Shown: positions 54,188 to 64,000 of the stretch, one piece after another
How positions within the stretch are numbered: position 1 is the first letter of the stretch
Layout of the letters: each line of letters starts with the position of its first letter
Origin: Zygnema circumcarinatum SAG 698-1b
Lineage: Eukaryota > Plantae > Zygnematophyceae
Direction of reading: 5' to 3'
Length of the DNA stretch: 64,000 nucleotides
Assembly (NCBI GenBank): GCA_037447605.1
Contig: CM074807.1
Span: forward strand, 2,614,327-2,678,326
Made by a program: the position numbers and the translations under genes
The notes under the pieces: generated by a model
Told to the model about the DNA's origin: nothing
The model's database searches: none
The model's input: the letters and a program-made list of their open reading frames with translations, nothing else

Positions 54188-55270
54188 CGGCCTGAGCATA
54201 ACCGAGGGGTGCTTGGTGCGTAGCATTCTCAGGTTGGCGGGATTGGCGTTCCTGTTTTCAGTCGGTGTGCTTCTACAGATTCTGGTAAGTGCACCATACG
54301 GAAAACTCTTTTGGCCCCATCATCGGTGTAATGGATTGCTATCGAGCTAGGCTACCATCACGCGCTTAGTACAGTTTTTAGCTATATACCGCAATGCAAT
54401 GTCCAACTACAACGAGGTTTTGTTTCCATTGTGGGCAGAGATGTTTAGGTCTAGTAAAGTATGCGGTGTACCTTGTTTGTGTCTACAGGTTTTGGGTGCT
54501 GGTAACCAGGACGCTCTTTACTTTCTCTCCCTTCTCTGTTCTAAGCTCATGTGATTTTGCCACGTTTTGTCTTGCAGGGATGTGCCCTGTATTCCAACTG
54601 GTGGCCCTTGCTGACAGGTACCTTGAAATTGGAGGGTGCCTTATTTATACGCTTTGCTCCCTTGTGCCTCTATGCGTGAAGGAATTCTGCAAAACAGTGA
54701 TCGTGCTCTCATGAAGCAGCATACATGCTTCTGATATTAAAAATTGAGGTGGATTTGAGATATTACCAGGACTAATTGTTTTTTAAATCGCTGTTGGATG
54801 GGTTACTTGACTTCCAGCGCTTATGTACCTTCTTGTCCCAATGCCTTGCCTGTTCTTCTCTGGGGGAGAGTCCGGAGACTTCATCAGCATGGGAGGTAAC
54901 GAAGGGTATGTTCTTGCATTCTCTACACCACGCACGGCCTTGCTCTAGGATCGAACATGCTGCCTCATTTCTACAAATAGAAAACCCTAGAAAGTTCCAG
55001 GTGTCAGGGGCATGTGATCTTCAATTTCTTCTGAAGTGAAATGTGTCCCTTTCTGACTTGTTCCTGCTCCTCTCGTTGGGTTGCAGCTGGGAGGATGCAG
55101 CAAAGTTCTTAACTGGCTTCTCTGCTGTCGGGAGTATTGCTATACCTGCAATCCTTCATCATGCCGGCTTGATAGAAACAGGGGCTATGGTTTTGGAGCT
55201 GTGCGCAATAGCTATTTTAGGGATCACTGTTCTGCTATTTCAGCGGGCAAGTTTTGTTGACGAGTGGTGA
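54188..55270 (+). CDS. VPS55: Vacuolar protein sorting 55 (LEPROT/OB-RGRP family); the start-codon exon was not located
   Basis: Exons give RLAGLAFLFSVGVLLQIL|GCALYSNWWPLLT|ALMYLLVPMPCLFFSGG...|WEDAAKFLTGFSAVGSIAIPAILHHAGLIETGAMVLE...FQRASFVDEW*, a typical plant Vps55 sequence. Confidence 0.9.
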
Positions 55271-56069
55271 TTCTTCGGGCACTAGCTTTCAATGTATAGA
55301 CATCGCAGATTACGCATCTTTGATGAATCTTGTGATGTGAAACGCCTACTGAAGCATTATACTAAGAGACGCTAGTTTGGCTTTAGGAGGTACCCCACTT
55401 AGAGCTGTGATTCTTCTTCAACAACCTGAGGACCGGAGTTTGGACTCATGCAGCCCTTCGTTTCGCCAACTCCGCGACACTGGCTGTTGGGGTTGTAACC
55501 ATTATATGTGCATATGTTATGAGGCTACTGGCCAGCAGTGTACTATATTCGTTGGGTGACTGTTTCGAAGGCATATGGACAACAGGAAGGATAATGCCCA
55601 TTTTTTATTTTCTGAGTGGAGTCTTTTCCTTCTGTTTTATCCAAGATGATTTGGGTATGAACGTGCTTCGTTTCTTCAGTTTTTAAGGTTCCTTTTGAAC
55701 TTAAACAAGCGTTGCGATAAAAGTCCTTGTGTTGTGTTTAAAAGGAGTCAGATCTGTCTGCGCTCGTGGTTAGCTATGAGCAGCTACGCGAGTTAATTTG
55801 GTATTGAACTCGGAGGCGATGAGAGGTAGTCTGGAAGCTCGACAGCGGGCCTTATCACTTGTAGCCAATGGGAGTCTAAAATCCGGTTAGGCGGTTACTT
55901 CAGCTGGCACGTCAACACACAGTCCAGTGCAGCCCAGGAACCAGCATCCATCGGGCAATTCATCCCAGATGTCTGTTTCCATTATTCTTTCTTTTCGTTC
56001 ACGTATGCTGGCTGGCCCCGCCATCGCGATTATTTTTCAGCAAAGCTTTACATGGTGTCAGACGTGGTG

Positions 56070-56235
56070 TTCATGTCACGATGGCGATGCCATCAGGACA
56101 AATTCAACATGGGAACCAAAATTGGAGCAGTCCACAAAGGTCCTGCAGACAAATGAAACAAAACTACTGGCTAAAGTCGGCTTCTAGGCTCGACGACGCA
56201 CGCGACCCTAGAGACAACCGCGAAGGTCACCAATG
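56070..56235 (-). mobile_element. Old diverged RLE retroelement 3'-tail copy H
   Basis: gatggcgatgccatc..ggacaaattcaacatgggaacca...aaaactac...ccctagagacaaccgcgaaggtcaccaatg matches blocks of copies F and C in reverse complement (ggacaaattcaacgtgggaacca; ccctagaagcagccgcgaaggtcacc). Confidence 0.7.
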
Positions 56236-56358
56236 TCTAATGTCCAATGTCCAATCTTTACATGGATTTCCAATTGCTTCGGCTTCCAGTTTCTTTCGTC
56301 ACGTCATCATGCATGCTACATTGAGACCATGCCGACTAGGCGATGATTGGCATCCACG

Positions 56359-56565
56359 CCATGCCATTGCCATGCCATTGCCATGCCATTGCCATGCCAT
56401 TGCCATGCCATTGCCATGCCATTGCCATGCCATTGCCATGCCATTGCCATGCCATTGCCATGCCATTGCCATGCCATGCCATGCCATGCCATTGCCATGC
56501 CATGCCATTGCCATGCCATTGCCATGCCATTGCCATGCCATGCCATGCCATGCCATTGCCATGCC
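56359..56565 (+). repeat. (GCCATGCCATT)n / (GCCAT)n tandem repeat of about 205 bp upstream of ARIADNE
   Basis: Direct reading. It explains the MPLPCHCHAIA and WQWHGNGMAMA ORFs. Confidence 0.95.
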
Positions 56566-56802
56566 CCCTCCCCCGCCCCTTCGCCGTCCGCGCGAGTCTC
56601 GGTGGCTCGGTCCGCGCGAGGGCCCACGCAACCGAAAGCGGGCGACGGCGGTGACCGCAGTGCCGGAAAGTTTGGAGCAGCTTGGGGCTGGGGCTGGTGC
56701 TGGTGCTCCAGGCGAGCGAGAGCTCGCGTAGGTGCAGAGGCACCTCCCGAAGCGGAGAGGGCGGGCGCCTGCTGCTGCCGCTGCTGCTTCAGCGTTGCAC
56801 GC

Positions 56803-56892
56803 GGAGGAGGAGGAGGAGGAGGAGGAGGAAGAGGAGGAGGAAGAGGAGGAAGAGGAGGAGGAGGAGGAGGAGGGCGGGGCGGGGCGGGGCGG
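56803..56892 (+). repeat. (GAG/GAA)n followed by (GGGGC)n in the presumed ARIADNE 5' UTR
   Basis: Direct reading. Confidence 0.9.
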
Positions 56893-57029
56893 GGCGATCC
56901 AAGCAGCCGCAGGGGAGGCGGAGGGTGTGTGCAGGACGAGGCTTGCAGCAGGAAGCAGCAGAGAAACTGCAAGGAGCGCGAGTCGGCCTTGCACTGACAG
57001 GCTCAGTAGAGGAAGTGAGGTTTGCTGAT

Positions 57030-60000
57030 ATGACTTCGGAAGACATGGAATACATGTTTGATTCGGATGACGGGCAAGAAGAGCTGCTTCAAAGTGATAC
57101 GGATGTGGAAGAGGACGATTATAGTTTCGAGTATTCTGGAGGAGACGAATTGGAGGATCTTGGAAGTCGGCAGCCTCAGGTGTGACATTTAGCAGTACCT
57201 GTTTAGCGTATTTGCTGAGGTAATTGCGATAGGCCGATAGACCGGGGCACTCTGATTTTTTCATGGCTGAAGAAAGAAAAGCCTGCCTGTGAGCTGACTT
57301 TCGACGGCTTTTATGCACCCTTACAGGCGCACTTCACAATTTTGTCTGAAAAGATGATACTCGAACAGCAGGCCGAGGACATAGACAACGTGGCAACAGT
57401 TTTGTCGGTTTCAAAGCCAGATGCAGGAATTTTGCTGCGACATTTCAAGTGGTATGTCTGATTGCAGGAGTGGAACGTTTAACTAGGCGACAGTATAGCT
57501 GAGTGCAATACTTGTTGTATGTTCTGGCCGGCTAACTCTATTGCATCGGGTAAAATTCATTTGTTCGACGGTTGTGTCGCAGGAGCGTGTGTAATGTTAA
57601 TGACAACTGGTTTCAAGATGAGGAGGGTGTGCGCAAAGCTGTTGGCCTTTTGAAATCTTCAGAGAAGGGAGGACCTTTCGACGCTCAGGTATCAAGTCTC
57701 ATGCGCTGTAATTCTTAAGCTTCTATCCTTTGTTTGCTGGTGCCTAGTAGGTTCATCTGCATATATGGTTTCAAATTGATTTTGATTTTTACGTTTCTTA
57801 TTTTGCGCAGCTGATTTGCGGCATATGTTTCGACCTGCTTCCTCGGGAAACGATGAAAGCTCCTGCATGCGGTCAACACTTCTTTTGCGATTCCTGCTGG
57901 ACAGGTATAAGACTTGACAGCAATTTATTGCCAGGCTTCATGTCCCTCGACATTGACTGAACACCGCAAATCAACCAGGCAGATCTCAGAGTTGTATCGA
58001 GAATGATTGTAATGCTTTTGTAAACTCATACGCTCATTTTGGCATCAACCATATGCATTGGAAGCCGTACATCCTTTCTGCTCTGGCAGTCGCAAAGAAG
58101 AGAGATCATCTCGGGCATATTCTAGCCAGAGTAGAGCACACGTTAATGGTTCACTGGAAGTCGTCCACATTAGATGCGCTCCTGTGGTCTCAAAGACGTT
58201 ACCAAGCCTGTGCACATTCCCCCTTTTGATGAAATCAGTCCTCAATATTTGGTGTTCCATATTCTGGTTGGCAGGATATCTCAGCAATGCAATTGTCAAT
58301 GGACCTGGCTGTCTCACCTTGCGGTGCCCAGACCCTGAGTGTGGAGCGGCTGTTAGGGAGGACATGGTTCTGTCATTGGTGTCCGATGACCTGAAAGCGA
58401 AGTACAAGAGATATTTGTTGAGATCATATGTCGAAGATAATAGAAAGGTATTTTTCAAACGCTTCAACTTGAAGTTTGTTGAAGTTATCAGGGAGTTATA
58501 GTTGAATTAAAACAAGCGGATGGATGGACCCTTTCCGTGTGTTTGTCATTACTTGGAAGCAAGTCAACTTCCTTGGATTTGCTGTTTCGGATTCTGTTTA
58601 GGATCCTTGTTTGAGCTATGCATGAACCCTGACTAGTGCAACACATGCGCTTGCAGATAAAGTGGTGTCCAGCCCCCGGATGCGAGTTTGCTGTGGAGTT
58701 TGTACCAGGGAGTGCAATTTATGATATTGTATGTAACTGTGGGTCAATGTTCTGCTGGAATGTAAGTACTGATCTACTTTTGCTGTAGATGATGGGCGCT
58801 GGAGGAAGGGAACATAGTTGAGTTGTCAATATCCTTACATTTTATTTTTTCCTCCTTACTTAGCCACGCTCATTCTACTATTTTGCCCGATGCTGTGATG
58901 ATGCTGGAGGCTGCCTCTGTCCAAAGGCAGGTTTCGTTTCGAATGAGATAACGCACGTGCAGGAATGTAGTTTTTGGTTAACCTTAGGAATTTTTAATAA
59001 ATAAATAAATAAATACGAAAATAAATACTGACTTTTACGTGCACGTTTTTCACTGAATACGTGCATTGGCAATTAGCGTGGTTCTTCTGTAGGGCTGCAT
59101 CTCCCTTTTTATCAGAAGATTGTTGTCCTTTAAAGTCAGACTAAGCGCTTTTTGGTTGCTGCTTTTGATTTGCTTTAGGATATGAAGATAGTTATACAGC
59201 CTTTTTCAGGGAGCTTCGGTTCATACTACGGTGCTTGAATGTAGGAGTCTCAGCTGATTTGGAACTTTTATGTTTCAAAAAGCCGCTGTGGAAAGTGGCA
59301 GTGCTCATTATGGCTGCGTTTTTATGCAGTGTCTCGAGGAAGCTCATCGGCCTGTTGATTGCAAGACTGTGGGACAATGGATATTGAAGAATAGCGCCGA
59401 ATCTGAAAACATCAATTGGTAAGCAGATTTTCAGCCCTCCTTCAATCCAGTCGAGGTTTTAAGACTGACTCGTCTGGCAAGTTTGTGAAACTTTTCTTTC
59501 CATGTCGTTGGAGAGCTTTGCTTGCTTATTAGCTTAATACTACGGCTGAGTTAAAGTTAACTTCAATTTATCTGAGAGTTTGGTTCTCTCGATTATTTTG
59601 ATGCAGCATTTTGCATGCCGTAGTCATGAGTTTTTTCAAGTGGTTTTGACCTTCACCTTTGCAGTCTTACCCAATTGGAAACACTTTACCATGTAGCTGA
59701 CCTTCGTCAGTCCACCTTTAGTCGACCACCTCTTGTTGTTTCCTTCTTCTGGCTGCCCTGTTGAAATCCGTTCACATAGGCTTTGGAGGATATGTATACT
59801 TTTCCTTAGTGCCTTGTCGATCCGTGCAGGATTTTGGCGCATTCGAAACCTTGTCCGAAGTGCAAAAGGCCTATTGAGAAGAACCAGGGCTGCATGCATA
59901 TGAGCTGCACACCGCCTTGCAAGTTTGAATTTTGCTGGTATCAACTACATAGCCTTTCCTAACTTTTCCCGAGCTTGAATATTGCCTTTCTTTCTCACTA

Positions 60001-63000
60001 CATATGTCTTTGATTGCAAGAGAAACGTTGTAAGTATTGACCATTGGTAGTATTCTTGACACATTTTTGCTGGCTTTGCAGGTTGTGCCTTGGAGCTTGG
60101 ACTGAGCATGGGGAGAGAACAGGGGGGTTTTATGCATGCAATCGTTATGAAACTGCAAAAAGTGAGGGTGCGGTAAGTTAATGATTCTATCCATTCACCA
60201 GATTTTTCACAGACTCACTTGAATTTAGCTTGCATGAAACTGTGTTGACTTTTTGCAACTGATGACCTGGAACTGTCCCTGACAATGGTAAAGCGCTGTA
60301 CAAACTTTTTCTCGCGTTTTGGCTCTCGATTAGCAGCGGCACAGGTGGCTGAATATTGTGGAGTCTTTCTGTTAATCTGGCTGGGCTTGTCTGGAGGCTC
60401 GTTGAGTGCCTTTAATGGTATTATAAATTGCCAGTGGAACAGGTATTCTTGTTTTCGTAGTTGGTTTTGAATCCAAGTTCCTTTTGCGGTGTATGAATGT
60501 CACGTTGTCCCATTGTTGTGCGTGAACTGGCAGTATGATGAAGCTGAGAGAAGGAGAGAAATGGCAAAGCATTCATTGGAACGCTATACCCATTACTACG
60601 AGCGCTGGGTAACCAATGAACAGGTAGCCACTTTGCTTAATTCCTTAAGTGGTGTTCATATAGACTTGTCAGGAAATACTGTCTTTTCCTAGGATATGTT
60701 GTGCTGCAGTTGCTGATGTGTTGGTTTAAAGAAGCTTGTGAATCATGTGGCTCAGAGATACTATTTAGTTTTGAGACAACCTGCAAGCGGTGTTTGTGCG
60801 CCTTCCATCAAATTTCCACCCTACTATAGACATGTTCCGAAATCTCTCCAGTTGGTTTCCTTCCATAAGGAATTCAAACCTACCTCTGGGGTGCCTGTGA
60901 TGCGCCCTACGTGGTGGAACAGCAAACTCAGCAAGGCAAAGGATGGAACCTTGCTGACAGTCGTTTTATGCAGGACCTTGTCGGGCTCTTTCCTAAACAG
61001 TGAAAGTGGAAATGGCTCAAGAAAAGGCACTATGGCATATTTTTAAGTACTTTACAGAATAGTGAAAGAGATACAACGAAAGAGGATGCAATTGGGGTTT
61101 GAATGCATTTTTTGAAGTTTACAAAAACCTTTACTTACTCAAGTTTTATTTGTGAGAGTTTCTGGTTAACATTGTCATCATATAGTTGGTGCATTGTAAT
61201 GCCCCTTGTTAATCTCGGCATCATGCACATTTTGCTGTCGTTTCAAATGGGGCATAGAGCAAAGTACGGAAGTTTCGCTGACAACATCCAGGCTTCAATG
61301 CTCCTATGGATGCTATTCTGATAGTAGCTTCACGTACATCCTATCTTTGTTAGTTTAATTTAGCAACAAGATTGCATGTATGGCTATAGTTACTGCATGG
61401 ATTTTGCAAGTTTCAAGCTCAATTCTCAGGCTGCAGTGTCAGCTAGATGTTGTTTCTAGAAGAACTTCCCAAGAAAGGAAGACCTTTCTTGGCTGGTTAT
61501 AGATATGCTGCCTAGCACACATCAATTGAAGAAAATGCTAACCCACACCTTTGGAAATGCTAGCTGCTATTAGCAGGCAAGCAGTTGCCCGGCTCAGTAT
61601 AGTGTTTCTAGTACGTCTTGATACTGACCTGAACTATCTCAGCAGGTTGTACGTTACTTTTCTTGTGATCCAGTTGGGATCGAAGTTTTGACCTAGAGGT
61701 TCCAGATATGGAGTCGCATTCGATGAATATGTACTTTGACGCTTCTATTGATTCTCTTGAAACACTCATCAGAATCATTTTGATACCCTGTTTACCTTGT
61801 TTAAGATAGGAGCATTCAGAGTAGCTTGAAACAGCTTTAGTATCCTAGGTAATGGAAGTTTGATTTACCACTGAATCCATGACCTTAGCTTTCGTGTTCA
61901 TTAGAATACTTTTTCATTAATGCATGTTATATATATATTTGGTCTGCTTGCAGTCACGAGTGAAGGCTTTGGACGATCTCCGCAAGATGCAGACTGAAAA
62001 GGTGAGGATTCCTGTCGCTGTTTGAATGTGAAGGAAGATCTGGTTATTGACATGCTGGTTATTTGCAACAGACGAAAAAGCTAATGGTTGGTTTTTCTTC
62101 TCCTTACAGATAGAGACCCTAAGCGACAGGCAGTGCCAGCCAGTTTCTCAGCTGAAGTTTGTCCTAGAAGCATTAGTGCAGGTGAGCACGCCTTTGCGGC
62201 CGTTTATTCCTTATCGCGATTGTTTTGGGTTATGTATTTTTGAATATATTATTTTTGTGTTTTATGCTAGAACATTATCGTCATTTTTCTGCTGGTCGCA
62301 TTTGTGTATCATTTGTGGAGAGAGATGGGAAGCTGCGTGAATTTAGGTCATTTGAAGGCAAGCACTACCTTAGCACCTACTTGTGATTCTGAACCTAGAT
62401 TTGCACCTGGCGCAGTTTCTCATCGGGGGGCGTGTAACAAGTTTGGTTTTGGAGATTGTTATGCGCAGTACGTTGTTTTTGTGTGTGTGAAGTTTTGCAC
62501 ATCGGCGGTGTCTCTTATTTCTTCTGAAATTTTGTCCAGATTGTACAATGTCGTCGAGTTTTGAAGTGGACGTACGCTTATGGCTACTACTTGCCTGAGA
62601 CAGACCTTGCAAAGCGAGCATTTTTTGAATATTTACAAGGTGAGGTTGGACATTATCTTATGTTTGGCCTTCTGAGAAGGAACTAGGCACAGTTGTCGCA
62701 CTAATTGGCTGCCATCAATGGGAGCTGTAAATTTCAGACACATTCGAAACTGGTTTTTGTCCCGGCAGGTGTTGCTACGAGTTCTTAACATAGTCTCTGA
62801 CGTCTTTCAATATCAGAAATGCCTTAATGTTCTAACCCACTGATTCAATAGCATGTATACCTCACTTACTGGCTATTAGGGCTTGCCAGACTTAACAAAA
62901 ACTTACGATAAGCATTACTATAAAGGAAAGATACGAAAGTACTGGTCTGCAGGCTGATCGCGACGTCCCCACAGTACTCGTTTTGGTATCAAACTTACGC

Positions 63001-64000
63001 AAATGTATTCTGACGACTTTCAAGTCTGATATGCCCTATTGAATGCAGGTGAAGCAGAGAATGGCTTGGAAAGATTACATAAATGTGCTGAGAAGGAACT
63101 TGAGGCTTTTTGTGGAGACGGGGGCGAGGAGCCTACCACTTCGTTCAATGAATTTCGAACAAAATTGGCTGGACTTACAAGGCAATTACCTTGACCACAA
63201 CTTGGCTCGAAGTTCATAGTCAATTCTTAATAGTGGTCATGAATTGTTCTACTTTTCTGTGTAATGAGGTCTCCGCTATGTCACCTCTCAAGTTGACTTG
63301 TAGGACAAAAAATGTTCAAAGGCGTTAATGGTTTCAACATTGCATGTCTGTGCATTCATTGATCTCTTAGACCTAGGCAACCGTAGCACAGGCGTTAATT
63401 GCCCTTTTCCCCATTGCCATCACAAATTGAAGAGCATTTACTTCTAGCTTGTGTATAAAAAACCCACAACATAGAAGTGCAGTCTACTGCGCCTTTCCCT
63501 TCAAATGACGAATGAAATGATATTTGGGGTTTAAATTATCTCTCGGTACGTTTCATAGTTTGGATCTTCTGGGTGGTGCATCGCTGACTCACCATCAGAT
63601 GGATATTTCATCAGTCTCTTGCCAGTTTTGAGGAGATCGTCGGAGACGTTAGGGCCGATAGGGTAACTCTCAAGTGTCAGGGATTATGACTTTGGTTGTC
63701 TTTTTCATTAGGCAAGTTGCACTATGGGCGGGAAAGTCAATAACTGATTTCAGGATTTAACTCCATTCTTTCATTAAGTGTGGAGCTATATACTTACACT
63801 CGCTCATGTTTTCTTTCTATGCAGCGTTACGCACACATATTTTGAGAATCTGGTACGAGCCTTGGAGAATGGATTGGCAGACGTTGACATTTCCAAGGCC
63901 AAGAAAGATCTCGCTGTGAAACCGGGTCAGAAGCCTTCTAGAGCTTCAAAGAAGCTAGTGAAGGAAAAGGGGGGTGCGAGCAGCAGCCAAAGGGGGGTGA
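57030..64000 (+). CDS. ARI: ARIADNE-like RBR (RING1-IBR-RING2) E3 ubiquitin ligase; the 3' end lies beyond the right edge
   Basis: Acidic N-terminus [14 protein letters not shown], then LLRHFKW, RING1 CGICFD...[11 protein letters not shown]...[19 protein letters not shown]...[11 protein letters not shown]...HRPVDC, RING2 [33 protein letters not shown] and Ariadne domain [10 protein letters not shown]...[14 protein letters not shown]...[25 protein letters not shown]. Confidence 0.96.

Noticed and set aside
56081-57318. Overlapping ORFs with MPLPCHCHAIA, WQWHGNGMAMA, poly-E and poly-S repeats
   Set aside because: They are translations of the GCCAT and GAG tandem repeats.
58829-58838. ATATCCTTAC, an AT-AC-type donor consensus, in ARIADNE
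   Set aside because: It lies within a canonical GT-AG intron (FCWN|CLEEAH), and no exon ends there.
61469-61492. 10-bp-stem hairpin CCAAGAAAGG-aaga-CCTTTCTTGG in an ARI intron
   Set aside because: One such hairpin is expected roughly by chance in 64 kb, and there are no TIR/TSD or ncRNA features around it.

Overview
Eukaryotic, intron-rich, gene-dense DNA from the green-plant lineage. A streptophyte alga or early-diverging land plant is the best guess; this is inferred from protein similarity and is not certain. Eight protein genes are supported: ATM kinase (-, runs off the left edge), NF-YB (+), RBM28/NOP4 (-), an organellar ribosomal protein bS21 (-), an At5g08010-like uncharacterised protein (+), a Shaker/AKT-like ankyrin K+ channel (+), VPS55 (+) and an ARIADNE RBR E3 ligase (+, runs off the right edge). 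The most unusual region is 38.5-44.8 kb, upstream of the K+ channel. It is a nested transposon stack that can be resolved by target-site duplications. A small hAT-like TIR element (13-bp TIRs, 8-bp TSD) contains three copies of an RLE-type (CRE-like) non-LTR retrotransposon and a long-TIR Mutator-like element. A second MULE (9-bp TSD) with transposase remnants lies next to it. At least six copies of the retroelement 3' tail share a GATGGC-N3-GCCATC stem-loop, and three of them sit beside the host element's GTAT(T/A)ATAC repeats, which suggests a retrotransposon that targets a DNA transposon. Exon boundaries and family assignments were made by eye and from remembered homologue sequences, with no database searches. 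Three 10-N scaffold gaps (39103-39112, 44140-44149, 51232-51241) limit interpretation.
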